Shown piece by piece: positions 13,299 through 26,210 of a DNA stretch of 64,000 bases. The notes beneath the pieces are model-generated. The model was not told the DNA's origin and made no database searches. It saw only the letters and a program-made list of their open reading frames with translations. Source of the DNA: Squalus acanthias (lineage: Eukaryota); the NCBI GenBank assembly GCA_030390025.1, contig CM059425.1, positions 174,842,001 to 174,906,000 on the forward strand, written 5' to 3'. Within the stretch, counting starts at the first letter, position 1. Each line of letters begins with the position of its first letter. The position numbers and the translations under genes are program-made.

Positions 13299-13391
13299 GA
13301 AGAAATAACATGCATTTAGATAGAGTCTTATCACATCCTGAGGACACTCCAAAGCATTTTACAGCTAATGGATTATATTTGAAGTGCAGTC
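13299..13391 (-). mobile_element. DeuSINE 3' part, split by the CR1 insertion (remainder at ~20745-20835)
   Basis: Matches the reverse complement of the SINE tail seen at 23730-23800. The continuation gtcccacaaac...atgaccagataatct follows the CR1 3' end. Confidence 0.7.
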
Positions 13392-15564
13392 GCAAAACAA
13401 GGAAAAATGGTAAAAAGACAAAGTTAAAAGCTCTATATCTGAATGTACGCAGCATTCGTAACAAGATAAATGAGTTGACGGCACAAATAGATACAAATGG
13501 GTATGATCTGATCGCCATTACAGAGACGTGGTTGCAAGGCGACCAGGGCTGGGAACTGAATATTCCAGGGTATATGATCATTCGGAAGGATAGAAAGAAA
13601 GGAAAGGGAGGTGGGGTGGCTTTGTTGGCAAAAGATGGGATCAGTGCAGTGGTGAGAAGTGATATTGGCTCAGAAGATCAAGATGCAGAATCGGTTTGGG
13701 TGGAGATAAAAAATAATAAGGGGAAAAAGTCTCTTGTGGGCGTAGTCTACAGGCCCCCGAACAGTAGCAATGTTGTTGGACAGAGTATAAATCAACAAAT
13801 AATGGAGGCCTGTAAAAAAGGTACGACAATAATCATGGGTGATTTTAATCTCCATATTGTTTGGACAAATCAAATTGGCCATGGTAGCCTGGAGGAGGAG
13901 TTCATAGAGTGCATCCGGGATGTTTTCCTAGAACAGTATGTAATGGAACCACCCAGGGAGCAGGCTATCTTGGATCTGGTACTATGTAATGAGACAGAAT
14001 TAATAAATGATCTGATAGTAAAGGATCCTCCAGGAAAGAGTGATCATAGCATGGTTGAATTTCAAATTCAGTTGGAGGGTGAGAAAGTTGTATCCCAAAC
14101 CAGTGTCCTGATCTTAAACAAAGGCAATTATAATGGCATGAGGGCAGAACTGGCTAAAGTGGACTGGAAAAACAAATTAAAGAGTAAGAAAGTTGAAATG
14201 CAGTGGCAGACATTTAAGGAGATATTTCATAACTCTCAACAAAAATATATTCCAGTGAGAAAGAAAGATTTTAAGAGAAGGGAGCACCATCCGTGACAAA
14301 CTAAGGAGGTAAAGGATGGTATCAAATTGAAAACAAAGGCATACAATGTTGCCAAGATTGGTGGGAGACCAGAGGATTGGGAAATTTTTAAAAACCAGCA
14401 AAGGATGACTAAAAAACTAATAGAGAGAGAGAAGATGAATTATGAGAGTCAGCTGGCAAGAAACATTAAAACAGATAGTAAGAGCTTCTACAGGTATATA
14501 AAAAGGAAGAGGGTAGCTAAAGTAAACGTTGGTCCCTTAGAGGATGAGACTGGGGAATTAATAATGGGGAACGGGGAAATGGCAGAGAATCTGAACAAAT
14601 ATTTTGCATCTGTCTTCATTGCAGCAGCCACTAACAACATCCCAAAAATGGATAATCAAGGGGCCACAGGGAGTGGGGAACTAAAGACTGTCACTAAGGA
14701 AATAGTACTCGGTAAAATAATGGGACTAAAAGGCGACAAGTCCCCTGGACCAGATGGCCTGTATCCCAGGGTCTTAAAAGAAGTGGCTGCAGAGATAGTG
14801 GATGCATTGGTTGCAATATACCAAAATTCCCTGGACTCTGGAGAGGTCCCAGCGAATTGGAAAACCGCTAATGTAACACCCCTATTTAAGAAAGGAGGGG
14901 GACAGAAAGCAGGAAACTATAGACCAGTTAGCCTAACATCTGTTGTTGGGAAAATGCTGGAGTCCTTCATTAAGGAAGCAGTAGCAGGGCATTTAGAAAA
15001 ACATACTGCAGTCAAACAGAATCAGCATGGTTTTAGGAAAGGGAAATCATGTTTAACAAATTTGCTGGAGTTTTTTGAGGATGTAACAAGCAGGGTGGAC
15101 AAGGGTGAGCCAGTGGATGTGGTGTATTTGGATTTCCAGAAGGCATTCGATAAGGTGCCACATAAAAGGTTACTGCATAAGATAAGAGCTCACGGAGTTG
15201 GTAATACAAGAACATAAGAAATAGGAGCAGGAGTAGGCCAATCGGCCCCTCGAGCCTGCTCCGCCATTCAATAAGATCATGGCTGATCTGATCCTAACCT
15301 CAAATCTAAAGAACACAAGAAGTAGGAGCAGGACCCGGCCACTCAGCCCCTGGGCCCGCTCCGCCACCCACAGGGCCTTGACCGATCCAAACTCAGCCTC
15401 TAGTCCAGTTTCCTGCCCGCTCCCCGTAACCCCTAATTCCCTTTACTTCTAGGAAACTGTCTATTTCTGTTTTAAATTTATTTAATGATGTAGCTTCCAC
15501 AGCTTCCTGGGGCAGCAAATTCCACAGACCTACTACCCTCTGAGTGAAGAAGTTTCTCCTCATC

Positions 15565-18288
15565 TCAGTTTTGAAAGCCCCTTATTCTAAGATTATGCCC
15601 CCTAGTTCTAGTTTCACCCATCCTTGGGAACATCCTTACCACATCCACCCGATCAAGCCCCTTCACAATCTTATATGTTTCAATAAGATCGCCTCTCATT
15701 CTTCTGAACTCCAATGAGTAGAGTCCCAATCTACTCAACCTCTCCTCATATATCCACCCCCTCATCCCCGGGATTAACCGAGTGAACCACCTTTGTACTG
15801 CCTCGAGAGCAAGTATGTCTTTTCTTAAGTATGGACACCAAAACTGTATGCAGTATTCCAGGTGCGGTCTCACCAATACCTTATATAACTGCAGCAATAC
15901 CTCCCTGTTTTTATAATCTATCCCCCTAGCAATAAAAGCCAACATTCCGTTGGCCTTCTTGATCACCTGCTGCACCTGCATACTAACTTTTTGATTTTCT
16001 TGCACTAGGACCCCCAGATCCCTTTGTACTGCAGTACTTTCCAGTTTCTCACCATTAAGATAATAACTTGCTCTCTGATTTTTCCTGCCAAAGTGCATAA
16101 CCTCTCATTTTCCAATATTGTATTGCAGCTGCCAAATCTCCGCCCACTCACCCAGCCTGTCTATATCCCCTTGTAGGTTTTTTATGTCCTCCTCACTTTC
16201 TACTTTCCCTCCCATCTTTGTATCCTCTGCAAACTTTGATATGTTACACTCAGTCCCCTCCTCAAAATCGTTAATATAGATTTTAAAGAGTTGGGGACCC
16301 AGCACCCACCCCTGCGGAACACCACTGGCTACTGGTTGCCAGTCCGAGAATGAACCATTTATCCCAACTCTCTGCTTCCTGTTAGATAACCAATCCTCCA
16401 CCCATGCCAGAATATTACCCCCAATCCAGTGATTTTTTATCTTGAGCAATAATCTTTTATGTGGCACCTTGTCGAATGCCTTCTGGAAGTCTAAATACAC
16501 TATGTCCACTGGTTCCCCTTTATCCACCCTGTACGTTATGTCCTCAAAGAACTCAAGCAAATTTGTCAGACATGACTTCCCCTTCATAAAGCCATGCTGA
16601 CTTTGTCCTTTTAAATTATGTTTATCTAAATGTTCCGTTACTGTCTCCTTAATAATAGACTCCCAAATTTTACCCACCACAGATGTTAGGCTAACTAGTC
16701 TATAATTTCCAGCCTTCTGCCTACTACCCTTTTTGAATAAGGGTGTTACATTAGCAGTTTTCCAATCTGCCGGGACTTTTGCTGAGTTCAGGGAATTTTG
16801 GAAAATTATTACCAAAGCATCCATAATCCCTACTGCCACTTCCCTCAAGACCCTAGGATGTAAGTCATCAGGTCCAGGGGATTTATCCGCCTTGAGTCCC
16901 ATTATTTTACTGAGTACCAATTCCTTAGTGATTTTAATCGTATTTAGCTCCTCCCCCCCTAGAGCCCCCTGTTTGTCCAGTGTTGGGATATTCTTATTGT
17001 CCTCTACCGTAAAGACTGAAACAAAATATTTGTTCATCATTTTTGCCATCTCCATGTTTCCCACCATTAATTTCCCGGTCTCATCCTCTAAGGGACCTAC
17101 GTTTGCCTCAGCCACCCTTTTTCTTTTTATATAACTATAGAAACTCTTGCTATCTGTTTTTATATTTTTTGCTAATTTACTTTCATAATCTATCTTCCCT
17201 TTCTTAATCAATCCTTTAGTTACTTTTTGCTGTCTTTTGAAGACTTCCCAATCTTCTATCCTCCCACTAAGTTTGGCTACCTTATATGTCCTTGTTTTTA
17301 GTCGGATACTATCCTTAATTTCTTTACTTAGCCACGGATGGCTGTCATTTCTTTTACACCCTTTTTTCCTCAGTGGAATATATATTTTTTGAAAGTTGTA
17401 AAATAACTCCTTAAATGAACACCACAGCTCATGTACCGTCTTACCCTTTAATCTATTTTCCCAGTCCACTTTAATCAATTCCGCTCTCATACCATCATAG
17501 TCTCCTTTATTCAAGCTCAGTACGCTTGTTTGAGAACCAACCTTCTCACCCTCTAATTGGATATGGAATTCAACCATGTTATGGTCACTCATTCCAAGGG
17601 GATCCTTAACTAGGACATTATTAATTAATCCTGACTCATTGCACAGGACCAGGTCCAAGGTTGCTTGCCCCCTTGTAGGATCAGTTACATACTGCTCAAG
17701 AAATCCATCCCTAATACACTCAATAAACTCTTCCTCAAGGCTGCCCTGCCCAATTTGATTTGTCCAGTTAATATGATAGTTGAAATCCCCCATAATTATA
17801 GCTGTTCCCTTATTACATGCCCCAACTATTTCCTGATTAATACTTCTTCCAGCAGAGTTGCAACTATTAGGAGGCCTATATACTACTCCCACTAGTGTTT
17901 TTTTCCCCTTATTATTCCTTATCTCCACCCAAACTGTTTCATTATCCTGATCCTTTGACCCAATATCATTTCTCTGTATTACAGTGATTCCTTCCTTTAT
18001 TAACATAGCCACCCCACCTCCCCTTCCTTCCTGCCTGTCCTTCCTGATTGTTAAATACCCTGGCATATTGAATTCCCAGTCGTTGTCACCCTGCAGCCAT
18101 GTTTCTGTAATGGCCACAAGATCATACCCATACGTAGTTATTTGTGCCGTTAACTCGTCCATTTTGTTACGAATGCTATGTGCATTCAGATAAAGAACTT
18201 TCAAATATGTTTTGTGACACTTAGTTCCTGCTTTTTCCTTTTTTAACACTTTACCTTTTACTCCATACCTTCTGTCCCTTCCTGACAC
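15565..18288 (-). pseudogene. CR1 ORF2 (APE + RT) with a frameshift near 16100
   Basis: 727-aa and 177-aa ORFs. Catalytic FADD reads FAED and PQGSV reads PQGWV. Confidence 0.93.
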
Positions 18289-18308
18289 GCTTTCCTCGGT
18301 CTCCCTGC

Positions 18309-19283
18309 TCAGGTGCCCATCCCCCTGCCACTGTAGTTTAAACCCTCCCCAACAGCACTAGCAAACACTCCCCCTAGGACAGCGGTCCCGGCCCTGCCCA
18401 GTTGCAGACCGTCCGGTTTGTACTGGTCCCACCTCCCCCAGAACCGGTTCCAATGTCCCAGGAATTTGAATCCCTCCCCCTTGCACCATTCCTCTAGCCA
18501 CGTATTCATTTGAAATATCCTCCTATTTCTACTCTGACTAGCACGTGGCACTGGTAGCAATCCTGAGATTACTACCTTTTGAGGTCCTATTTTTTAATTT
18601 ACCTCCTAACTCCCTATATTCTGCTTTTAGGACCTCATCCCCTTTTTTACCTATATCGTTGGTGCCCATGTGCACCACAACAGCTGGCTGTTCGCCCTCC
18701 CCCTCCAAAATGTTCTGTAGCCGCTCCGAGACGTCCTTGACCCTTGCACCAGGGAGGCAACACACCTTCCTGGAGTCTCGGTTGCGGCCGCAGAAACGCC
18801 TATCTATTCCCCTTACGATTGAGTCCCCTATCACTATAGCTCTACCACTCTTTTTCCTCCCAGCCTGTGCAGCAGAGCCACCCATGGTGCCAGGAAGTTG
18901 GCTGCTGCTGCCTTCTCCTGATAAGTCATCCCCCCCAACAGTATTCAAAGTGGTATATCTGTTTGAGAGGGGTTGTCCACAGGAGACCCCTGCACTACCT
19001 ACCTGCACCTCTTACTCTGCCTGCTGGTCACCCATTTACTTCCTGCCTGTGCACCCTTTGCCTGCGGTGTGACCAACTCTCTGAACGTGCTATCCACGAG
19101 GTTCTCAGCATCGCGAATGCTCCAATACGCCTCCATCCGCAGCTCCAGCGCCGCAATGCGGTCTGTCAGTAGCTGCAGCTGGATACACTTCCCGCACACA
19201 TGGTTGTCAGGGACACCGGAAGGGTCCCTGATTTCCCACATCGAGCAGGAGGAGCATAACACGGGGCTGGGCTGTCCTGTCAT
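18309..19283 (-). pseudogene. CR1 ORF1: zinc finger, coiled coil and SGNH/GDSL esterase, frameshifted
   Basis: CSSC...CGKC, leucine heptads, IGDSIVRG, CLPGA, VHMGTND and PDGLQL across three ORFs. Confidence 0.9.
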
Positions 19284-21174
19284 GACTTACCCTTTAATTA
19301 ATTGAACTTAAATTAAATCAAATCAATACCACCAATTACACTCAATTAAATGATATACTCAAGGGCCTTTGGTTACTAGCACTAGAAACTATATCCACAA
19401 AATTAAGACCTTCTAAACTTTATAAACTGTGAACCTTAACTGTCAAAGCTATAGAGTAGTATAAATACTTACATCGCCGTACTCACCCAATCAGCTGCTC
19501 CCTCCTGCCCCCGTCACGTTTTGAATCGTGATGTGGCTCTGGAACGCCGCCGCCGGTCTGAGATTGGTATGCCTGTGAATGAAAAGCCCGCGAAAGTGAG
19601 TTCAAATACTCACTGGACCTCCGGTCTCGCCTCTCCCGACACCAGCCTGTATATTAGCATGGATAGAGAATTGGCTAACTAACAGAAAGCAGAGAGTCGG
19701 GATAAATGGGTCATTTTCTGGTTGGCAAACGGTAACTAGTGGGGTGCCACAAGGATCGGTGCTGGGGCCCCAACTATTTACAATCTACATTAATGACTTG
19801 GATGAAGGGATCGAGTGTACTGTAGCGAAGTTTGCAGATGATACAAAGATGGGTGGGAAAGCAAGTTGTGCAAAGGACTCAAAGAATCTGCAAAGGGATA
19901 TAGACAGGCTAGGTGAGTGGGCAAACATTTGGCAGATGGAGTATGATGTGGGAAAGTGCGAGGTTATCCACTCTGGCAGGAAAAATAAAAAAGCAAACTA
20001 TTATTTAAATGGAGAGAGATTACAAAATGCTACAGTTCAGAGGGACCTGGGGGTCCTTGTGCATGAAACACAAAAAGTTAGCATGCAGGTACAGCAAGTA
20101 ATCAAAAAGGCAAATGGAATGTTGGCCTTTATTGCAAGGGGGTTGGAGTATAAAAGCAGGGAAGTCCTGCTACAACTGTGCAGGGTATTGGTGAGACCAC
20201 ACCTTGAGTACTTCGTACAGTTTTGGTCTCCTTATTTAAGGAAGGATATACTTGCATTGGAGGCAGTTCAGAGACGATTCACTAGGTTAATTCCAGAGAT
20301 GAGGGGTTTGACTTATGAGGAAAGGTTGAGCAGGCTGGGCCTATACTCATTGGAATTGAGAAGAATGAGAGGTGATCTTATCGAAACATATAAAATACTG
20401 AGAGGGCTCGACAGGGTAGATGCAGAGAGGATGTTTCCCCTCATGGGGAAATCTAGAACTCGAGGGCACAGTCTCAGAATAAAGGGTCGCCCTTTTAGAA
20501 CTGAGATGAGGAGGAACTTCTTCTCTGAGGGTTGTAAATTTGTGGAATTCTCTGCCCAGAGAGCTATGGAGGCTGAGTCATTAAATACATTTAAAGTGGA
20601 GATGGACAAATTTTTGCAAGATAAGGGAGTGAAGGGTTATGGGGAGCGGGCAGGGAAGTGGCCTTTGAGCCCTAGATCTGCCATGATCTTATTGAATGGC
20701 GGAGCAGGCTCGAGGGGCCAAGTGGCCTATTCCTGCTCCTATTATGTTACATTGGCAAATGCAGTAACCGATTTGCATACAACAAAGTCCCACAAACTAC
20801 AGATGAATGAATGACCAGATAATCTATTTTTGGTGGCTTTGATTGTGCAGCAGTATAATGTTTGTATATAGTACAGTACTTGACTTGCATAGAAGTATTA
20901 CAATTTAAAATCTGTTTACGGATGCTTTTTTTTCGTAAGTTTGCCATATTGATTTGCTGTACTATTTTGGAGCTAACAGTTAAATGGTCTACCCAGTATT
21001 CTGCTTGACCCAGCCTGGAGGTTTCTCCCTTCCACAAGATGATGAAGAGTATGCCCAGGAGGTTTAAAGCTGCTTACATCTTTCAATAATATCTATGTTG
21101 CATTAGTAGCTAGCCATTGTAGTGGTTAGTCAGTACGCATCATGTAGCCAAGTCTCTCTAGTAAAAGCCATTCA

Positions 21175-21492
21175 AGAAACTGGCCATTCGGCTCAACCAT
21201 ACTCTGTCGCCGTTTACCCTCCACACACAACAGGTAGATCAAATCACATTTGCCCACCCTGTTCCCAAATCCCTTCAACCCCTTTTCCCACATCCACCTA
21301 TCCAATCTAATCTTGACAGCATTTCTACCTCAACCACTAACACTGGAAGTGAATTCCACAGCCTCACAACTCTATAAAATATTTTCTTGTGCCCTCTAAA
21401 TCTCATCATTTAATCATGTATCTGTGACCCCTCGTTCTTGACCCCCCTCAACTACTGGAAATGGTCAGCTTCTGTCCACCCTGTCCCATCAA
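21175..21492 (-). mobile_element. Old CR1 3' fragment
   Basis: Homologous to 58940-59290. Related remnants at ~26690-26840, 29120-29330 and 32830-33000. Confidence 0.7.
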
Positions 21493-21904
21493 GAAACAAG
21501 ACTTTTCAAGCCTGCAGACGATATGATTTTACAGCTACAACTTTGAACTCTGTCACCATGAGAACAGGACCTGCTCAAGCATTTTTGATGCCATACTTAA
21601 ACATAAGTATATTTTGACAGTTAACCCCACTAAAGACTGAGATCAGAGAAAAATAGCAGTCAGTCAACCTGACAACATTCCAAGACTGCAGACTGACTTT
21701 TAAAGTGTCTTTCAAATTTAAAGAGTGTAGATGCTTTAAAAATAGGCACTTAAAATTTACCTTGGAAAAACATTTATATATTTTACATTCCTTATTGTCT
21801 CCAGGAGTCATTTATTAAGAGAAATATATTATTTGAACATTAAAATAAACCAGACCAGAGTATTTTTATTTTTTAGCAGTTATACTTATTTCAAAGAATT
21901 TAAA

Positions 21905-22005
21905 AACAGAAACAGTAAAAGCTAGAAATACTCAACAGGTTGGGCAGAATCTGTGGAAAAAACAGAAGTCAGTCAATGTTTCAGGCCTGAAGACCCTTCC
22001 TGAAG
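21905..22005. repeat. Degraded single arm of the Penelope-type repeat
   Basis: gctagaaatactcaacagg...atctgtgga...gtttcagg...gaccctt resembles 26030-26106. Confidence 0.65.
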
Positions 22006-23355
22006 ACTAGTGGCAAAAAATGTAAAGGTTCTTATATGGAGTGATTTAGTTGTGGTGTCCAAGGAGTAGTTATAGTAAATGCACATGCATTTTTTTAAAT
22101 GTACATTACCAGGTTGCATTAAATAGCCATCAGAAATTGTAGAAAAATATAAAGACCTACTTCATTCAATGCATAATAGTTTGACGAGCTATATTATGTG
22201 ATTCCACATTGCATAAGTGGCAGCTGTTGTTCTCTAGGCTAAAGCAGTGAAGCAGAAGAAAGCTTGCTGAAAAGGTTTCCCAGCCATCTTTGCTAATTTA
22301 CTGGCAGTCACGCAACACCGGAAAGAAAAGACTGAGATGCGTACAAATGGCTTTCCTCCTTTCGTTGTCCTTGGTTTCTCGATTAGTATCCGTATCATAA
22401 TGGAACTGACGTTTTATTTAGCAACACTACATTTTTAGGCAGTTGTTCTTGGATAGACCACTTCACTTTCTGCTTGTAAAAATATTTTTCCCTGCTTTGT
22501 TGTGTGCGTGCTTTATGGTCCATTTATTAAAAATCATAATTATTTAGGTATTTGCAAGTAATAGCCATTTATAAGAGCACTAATATAGTACTTGTAATTT
22601 TTTAAGTGAGAGTAATATGCTAAATTAATCAGCTTCCTTAAATTCCTTATGTCATAAATTCTCACACTTGCTGTTATGATGGGAGATTCTCTAAAATGTG
22701 TGGCGACTATGCATGTGATAGAAACAGTTACATTAAAATGATTTTTGTGATTTATTTCTTCACACAATGAATCTTCATTTTCAGTTGAAAGATATATAAG
22801 AAATTAGCATCCAGATTTGCTTACAGCAATGTTTTAATACAGTTTTGTTGGTAATTTGTGATGGGCAGGCATTGTCACATCTGCTTCCAGGCACTTAATT
22901 TATGAGGTTTGGCATGCAGAGTAATGTAATGCATTATTCATTTTAAGTCCATTGTATCTGGTCCTGTCGCACACTATTCATTGTTTAAAGTCTAATAGAA
23001 ATTGTTACGTTGAATATAACCCAACCAAAAGAATTTTGTTTTCTTCATGATAGAAAAGCTTAATTTTACTAAAATCAATTACAGTAATTTTACTGAGAAA
23101 TCATATTCAGTTACAGTATTAATCTTAGTTAAAATTGTACCAACTGTGTGCTATAAAGTACATTTCTGCTGATTACGTTTCTGTGACACACCTTGGGACG
23201 TTTTCCTCTATTAAAGGCGCTATGTTAATGCAAGCTGTTTTTCATTTTCAGCGTGTATTTAATTTTATTTCGCTCATTTTTAAAATAGAACTTCATATTT
23301 TATGTGCTGTGCATTTCTTTTATTAATGTTACCAGCGATGAATGTTAACATGCTT

Positions 23356-23805
23356 TGTCGGCGCTCGCTCAGTGGTAGCACTTTTGCCTTGGAGTCATAA
23401 GGTCATGGGTTCAAGTCCCACTCCAGGAACTTGAGCACATACTCTCGGCTGACACTTCAGTACAGTAATGAGGGAGTGTTGCATTGTCGGAGGTTCCGTC
23501 TTTCGGCTGAGACATTAAACCGAGTTCTGCCGACCCTCTCGGATGTATATACATGGCACTATTCAGAGAAAAGCAGTGGCAATTCTTTCGGGATCCTGGC
23601 CAACATTCGTCCCTCAACCAGCAAAACAGAGTATCTTCCCATTTACCTCAGTGCTGTTTGTAGGACCCTGCTATGCACTAATTGGCTACCCCACTTGCCT
23701 ATGTTACGACAGTAACTACACTTCAAGAGTGCTTCATTGGCTGTGAATTGCTTTGGGGCGTCCTGAGGACGTGAAAGGAGCTATATAAATGCAAGTTCTT
23801 TCTGT
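23356..23805 (+). mobile_element. Full-length tRNA-derived DeuSINE (SacSINE1-like)
   Basis: A-box-like gctcagtggtagc, B box ggttcaagtcc, Deu-domain-like gtctttcggctgagacattaaaccgag, tail gctatataaatgcaagt. Family name from recall. Confidence 0.85.
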
Positions 23806-24544
23806 CTGTTCAAATTGAATCTGTACCATACCAGCATTTTAAGCTTAGATTTTGTAGTTTTGTGCAATAAGTTCAAGTTGCTTTTTTTTAACGTTCTTGA
23901 TTCCTATTGAATTTTCCACTTCCACTGAACTTTCTAAATACTAAACTGTTTTTAAACTTTAAAAAAAAAGTTTGCTACCAAAAAGAACTCAATAACCAAA
24001 CATGCATTTCTATTTGTGTAGTAAGGAACTGAATCAGTATAATTCTGCATTGATTTGTACAGTATTTTACAATATTAACTGAAATCACTATGTTCACGTT
24101 AGACTTTGTGGCCTGGAGTTTCCTCCTTAAGCACAACCCAACCCGGAAGTTGTATCCGAAATTGTGCTGGAAGCTACACACATTTTTGTCAATGTCAATT
24201 TACACCCAAGTATCCTCCCATTCTCATTAGAATACCCCTGAATTTAAAATGAACGTAAATGGGATAAGTCAGTGTAAATAGCGGGGGCCCAAGTAAACGC
24301 TGAAGCCACAACAGTATTTTTCTTCTTTGTGTCTTAAAATTAAAAATTTCCACTCAATTCACCATCATTCCGACACATCAGGCACAGCATTTTTAAGAAC
24401 CTGAAATCGGGGTAGCTCTTCAATTTTTAATGTGACTTATATTTTGTCAGATAATACAGAGCAGGTCTAAGTGAAGTTAAAGTTTTTAAAAATGCTGAAA
24501 AAAACAAATTTGTTTCCTGCTGCGCCTGAAAATTTAGATACAAT

Positions 24545-25262
24545 GGCCTAGAAATTCTGTTCCCTACGGGTGGGTACGCGCTGTGTACTCACCCGTAGGG
24601 CCAACGGAAGTGCCGGTTTTACGCATGCACTGCGCATGCGCTGGAAACTGGCACTTCCGTTCTCTGCAGAAAGGGCGTGACTGGACAAATGCCTGCGCCA
24701 GGATCGGCAGCCCTTACGTTAAAAACTTCCGTTTTTTTCCATACTGGCTTGAGTCCAGGTAAGTTGGGAACAGCTGCGCCTCGAAAAGCAGGCGCAAGGC
24801 CTGCTTTTAGCAGGCTAATAGTTTAATAAAGTAAAAAAAAAATTTCCACTGATTTATCATTTTAAAATACTTTCAAGAAAGGTAAGTTTATTTTTAGCCC
24901 CGTTAAAAACTTCAATTATTTTTTTCAAAAATTTAAATTTTTGTTTAAAATAGTTAATTTATGTAATTTAGTCATTTTAAAAATGTGTTATTTGAAGTTT
25001 TACTGATGTTTTGGGGCTCATCTCTATTCATAGATTTGACAGGTCTTCCTGTCAAATCTATGAATGGAGATTCCCTGCTCTGATTGGCCCACGTGATCCC
25101 AGGGACGCTGCAAACTAGTTATGCCCCTGGGATACGCGTGCCCTGCACACCGGCAGATTGAAGAGGCACAGCAACGGAATTCTGCGCCTCCCGGGAGCCC
25201 TCCGGTCCAAGCGGAGATTTTTCCGAATCGCAGCCCTCTGCTGCGACCGGAATTTCTGGGCC
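24545..25262. mobile_element. MITE, PIF/Harbinger-like, copy 1
   Basis: TIRs GGCCTAGAAATTC / GAATTTCTGGGCC with a perfect 3-bp TSD (AAT). Homologous to 38482-39235. Confidence 0.9.
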
Positions 25263-25455
25263 AATGTTGAAAGTTTTGAGAGTCGAGGGCATGGCCGGTT
25301 TTATGGGCGGAGCTTCTTTCTGCCGGAAGGTTTGGTGCACGGACATGAGACATTGAGGAGACGGGCATATTGTAGTTACATGGAACACACTTGCGCCCAG
25401 AATTCCACGATCTTTTAAGCCATGTAATTGATTTGTGCCTAGGTGACATGTATAA

Positions 25456-25793
25456 TAGGCTGACACTCCAGTGCAGTACTGTCTGAGGTGCTGTCTTTTG
25501 GATGAAATGTTAAAACGAGGCCACATCTGTCCTCTTAGGTGGACGTTAAAGATCCCATGGCACTATTTCAAAGAAGAGCAGGGGCGTTCTCCCCGGTGCC
25601 CTGGCCAATATTTGTCTCTCAACCAAGGTCACTAAAACAGATTATCTGGCCATTATCACATTGTGAGACCTTGCTGTACCCAAAACTGGCCGCCGTGTTT
25701 ACTACATTACAACAGTGACTACATTTCAAAAGTGCTTCATTGGGTGTAAAACACTGTGGGACGTACTGAGGCCGTGAAAGGCTATATAAATAT
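25456..25793 (+). mobile_element. DeuSINE, 5'-truncated
   Basis: Body and tail match the 23356 and 47388 copies. Confidence 0.88.
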
Positions 25794-25979
25794 AATTTTT
25801 TTTTGATTTAACAATAAGGTGTGTTGGTCCTTGTTAGTTTTTCCTCATCTTTCCTCGTGAGACTAAGCAAAATTGTAATCGAATCTCGTGATTGGCAGCC
25901 TGAGGCTTGTGGTTAAGAGTGAAATGTTCAACAGCCTGAAATACTGGGCCACCCTCTGTATCAGACATTAAAGGCTTGA

Positions 25980-26210
25980 TACAAAAGCAAAATACTGCGG
26001 ATGCTGGAAATCTGAAATAAAAACAGAAAATGCTGGAAATACTCAGCAGGTCAGGCAGCATCTGTGGAGAGAGAAACAGAGTTAACGTTTCAGGTCGATG
26101 ACCCTTCGTCAGAATGATGACGAAGGGTCATCGACCTGAAACGTTAACTCTGTTTCTCTCTCCACAGATGCAGCCTGACCTGCTGAGTATTTCCAGCATT
26201 TTCTGTTTTT
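25980..26210. mobile_element. Penelope-type inverted-repeat (fold-back) insertion
   Basis: 96-bp arms (26016-26111 and 26118-26213, 1 mismatch), 6-nt loop, 13-bp direct repeat attaaaggcttga at 25967-25979 and 26211-26223. Confidence 0.8.

Larger units (their letters stand above)
15207..19649 (-). mobile_element. Near-full-length CR1 (~4.4 kb): 5' UTR, ORF1, ORF2, 3' tail
   Basis: Interrupts the host codons exactly. Only TA is shared at both junctions (15205-15206, 19650-19651). Both ORFs are recognisable. Confidence 0.95.
13392..20746 (+). mobile_element. CR1 LINE ORF2 (APE endonuclease + RT + 3' end), 5'-truncated, split by a nested CR1
   Basis: YLNVRSI, IAITETWL, MGDFN, SDH endonuclease motifs; in-frame TGA at 14294; RT to 15206. 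Resumes at 19652 (G-N-I-L-A-W) with PQGSVLGP and KFADDTK. Confidence 0.95.

Noticed and set aside
23356..23430. tRNA gene
   Set aside because: It is a SINE head continuing into the Deu body; same at 57885.
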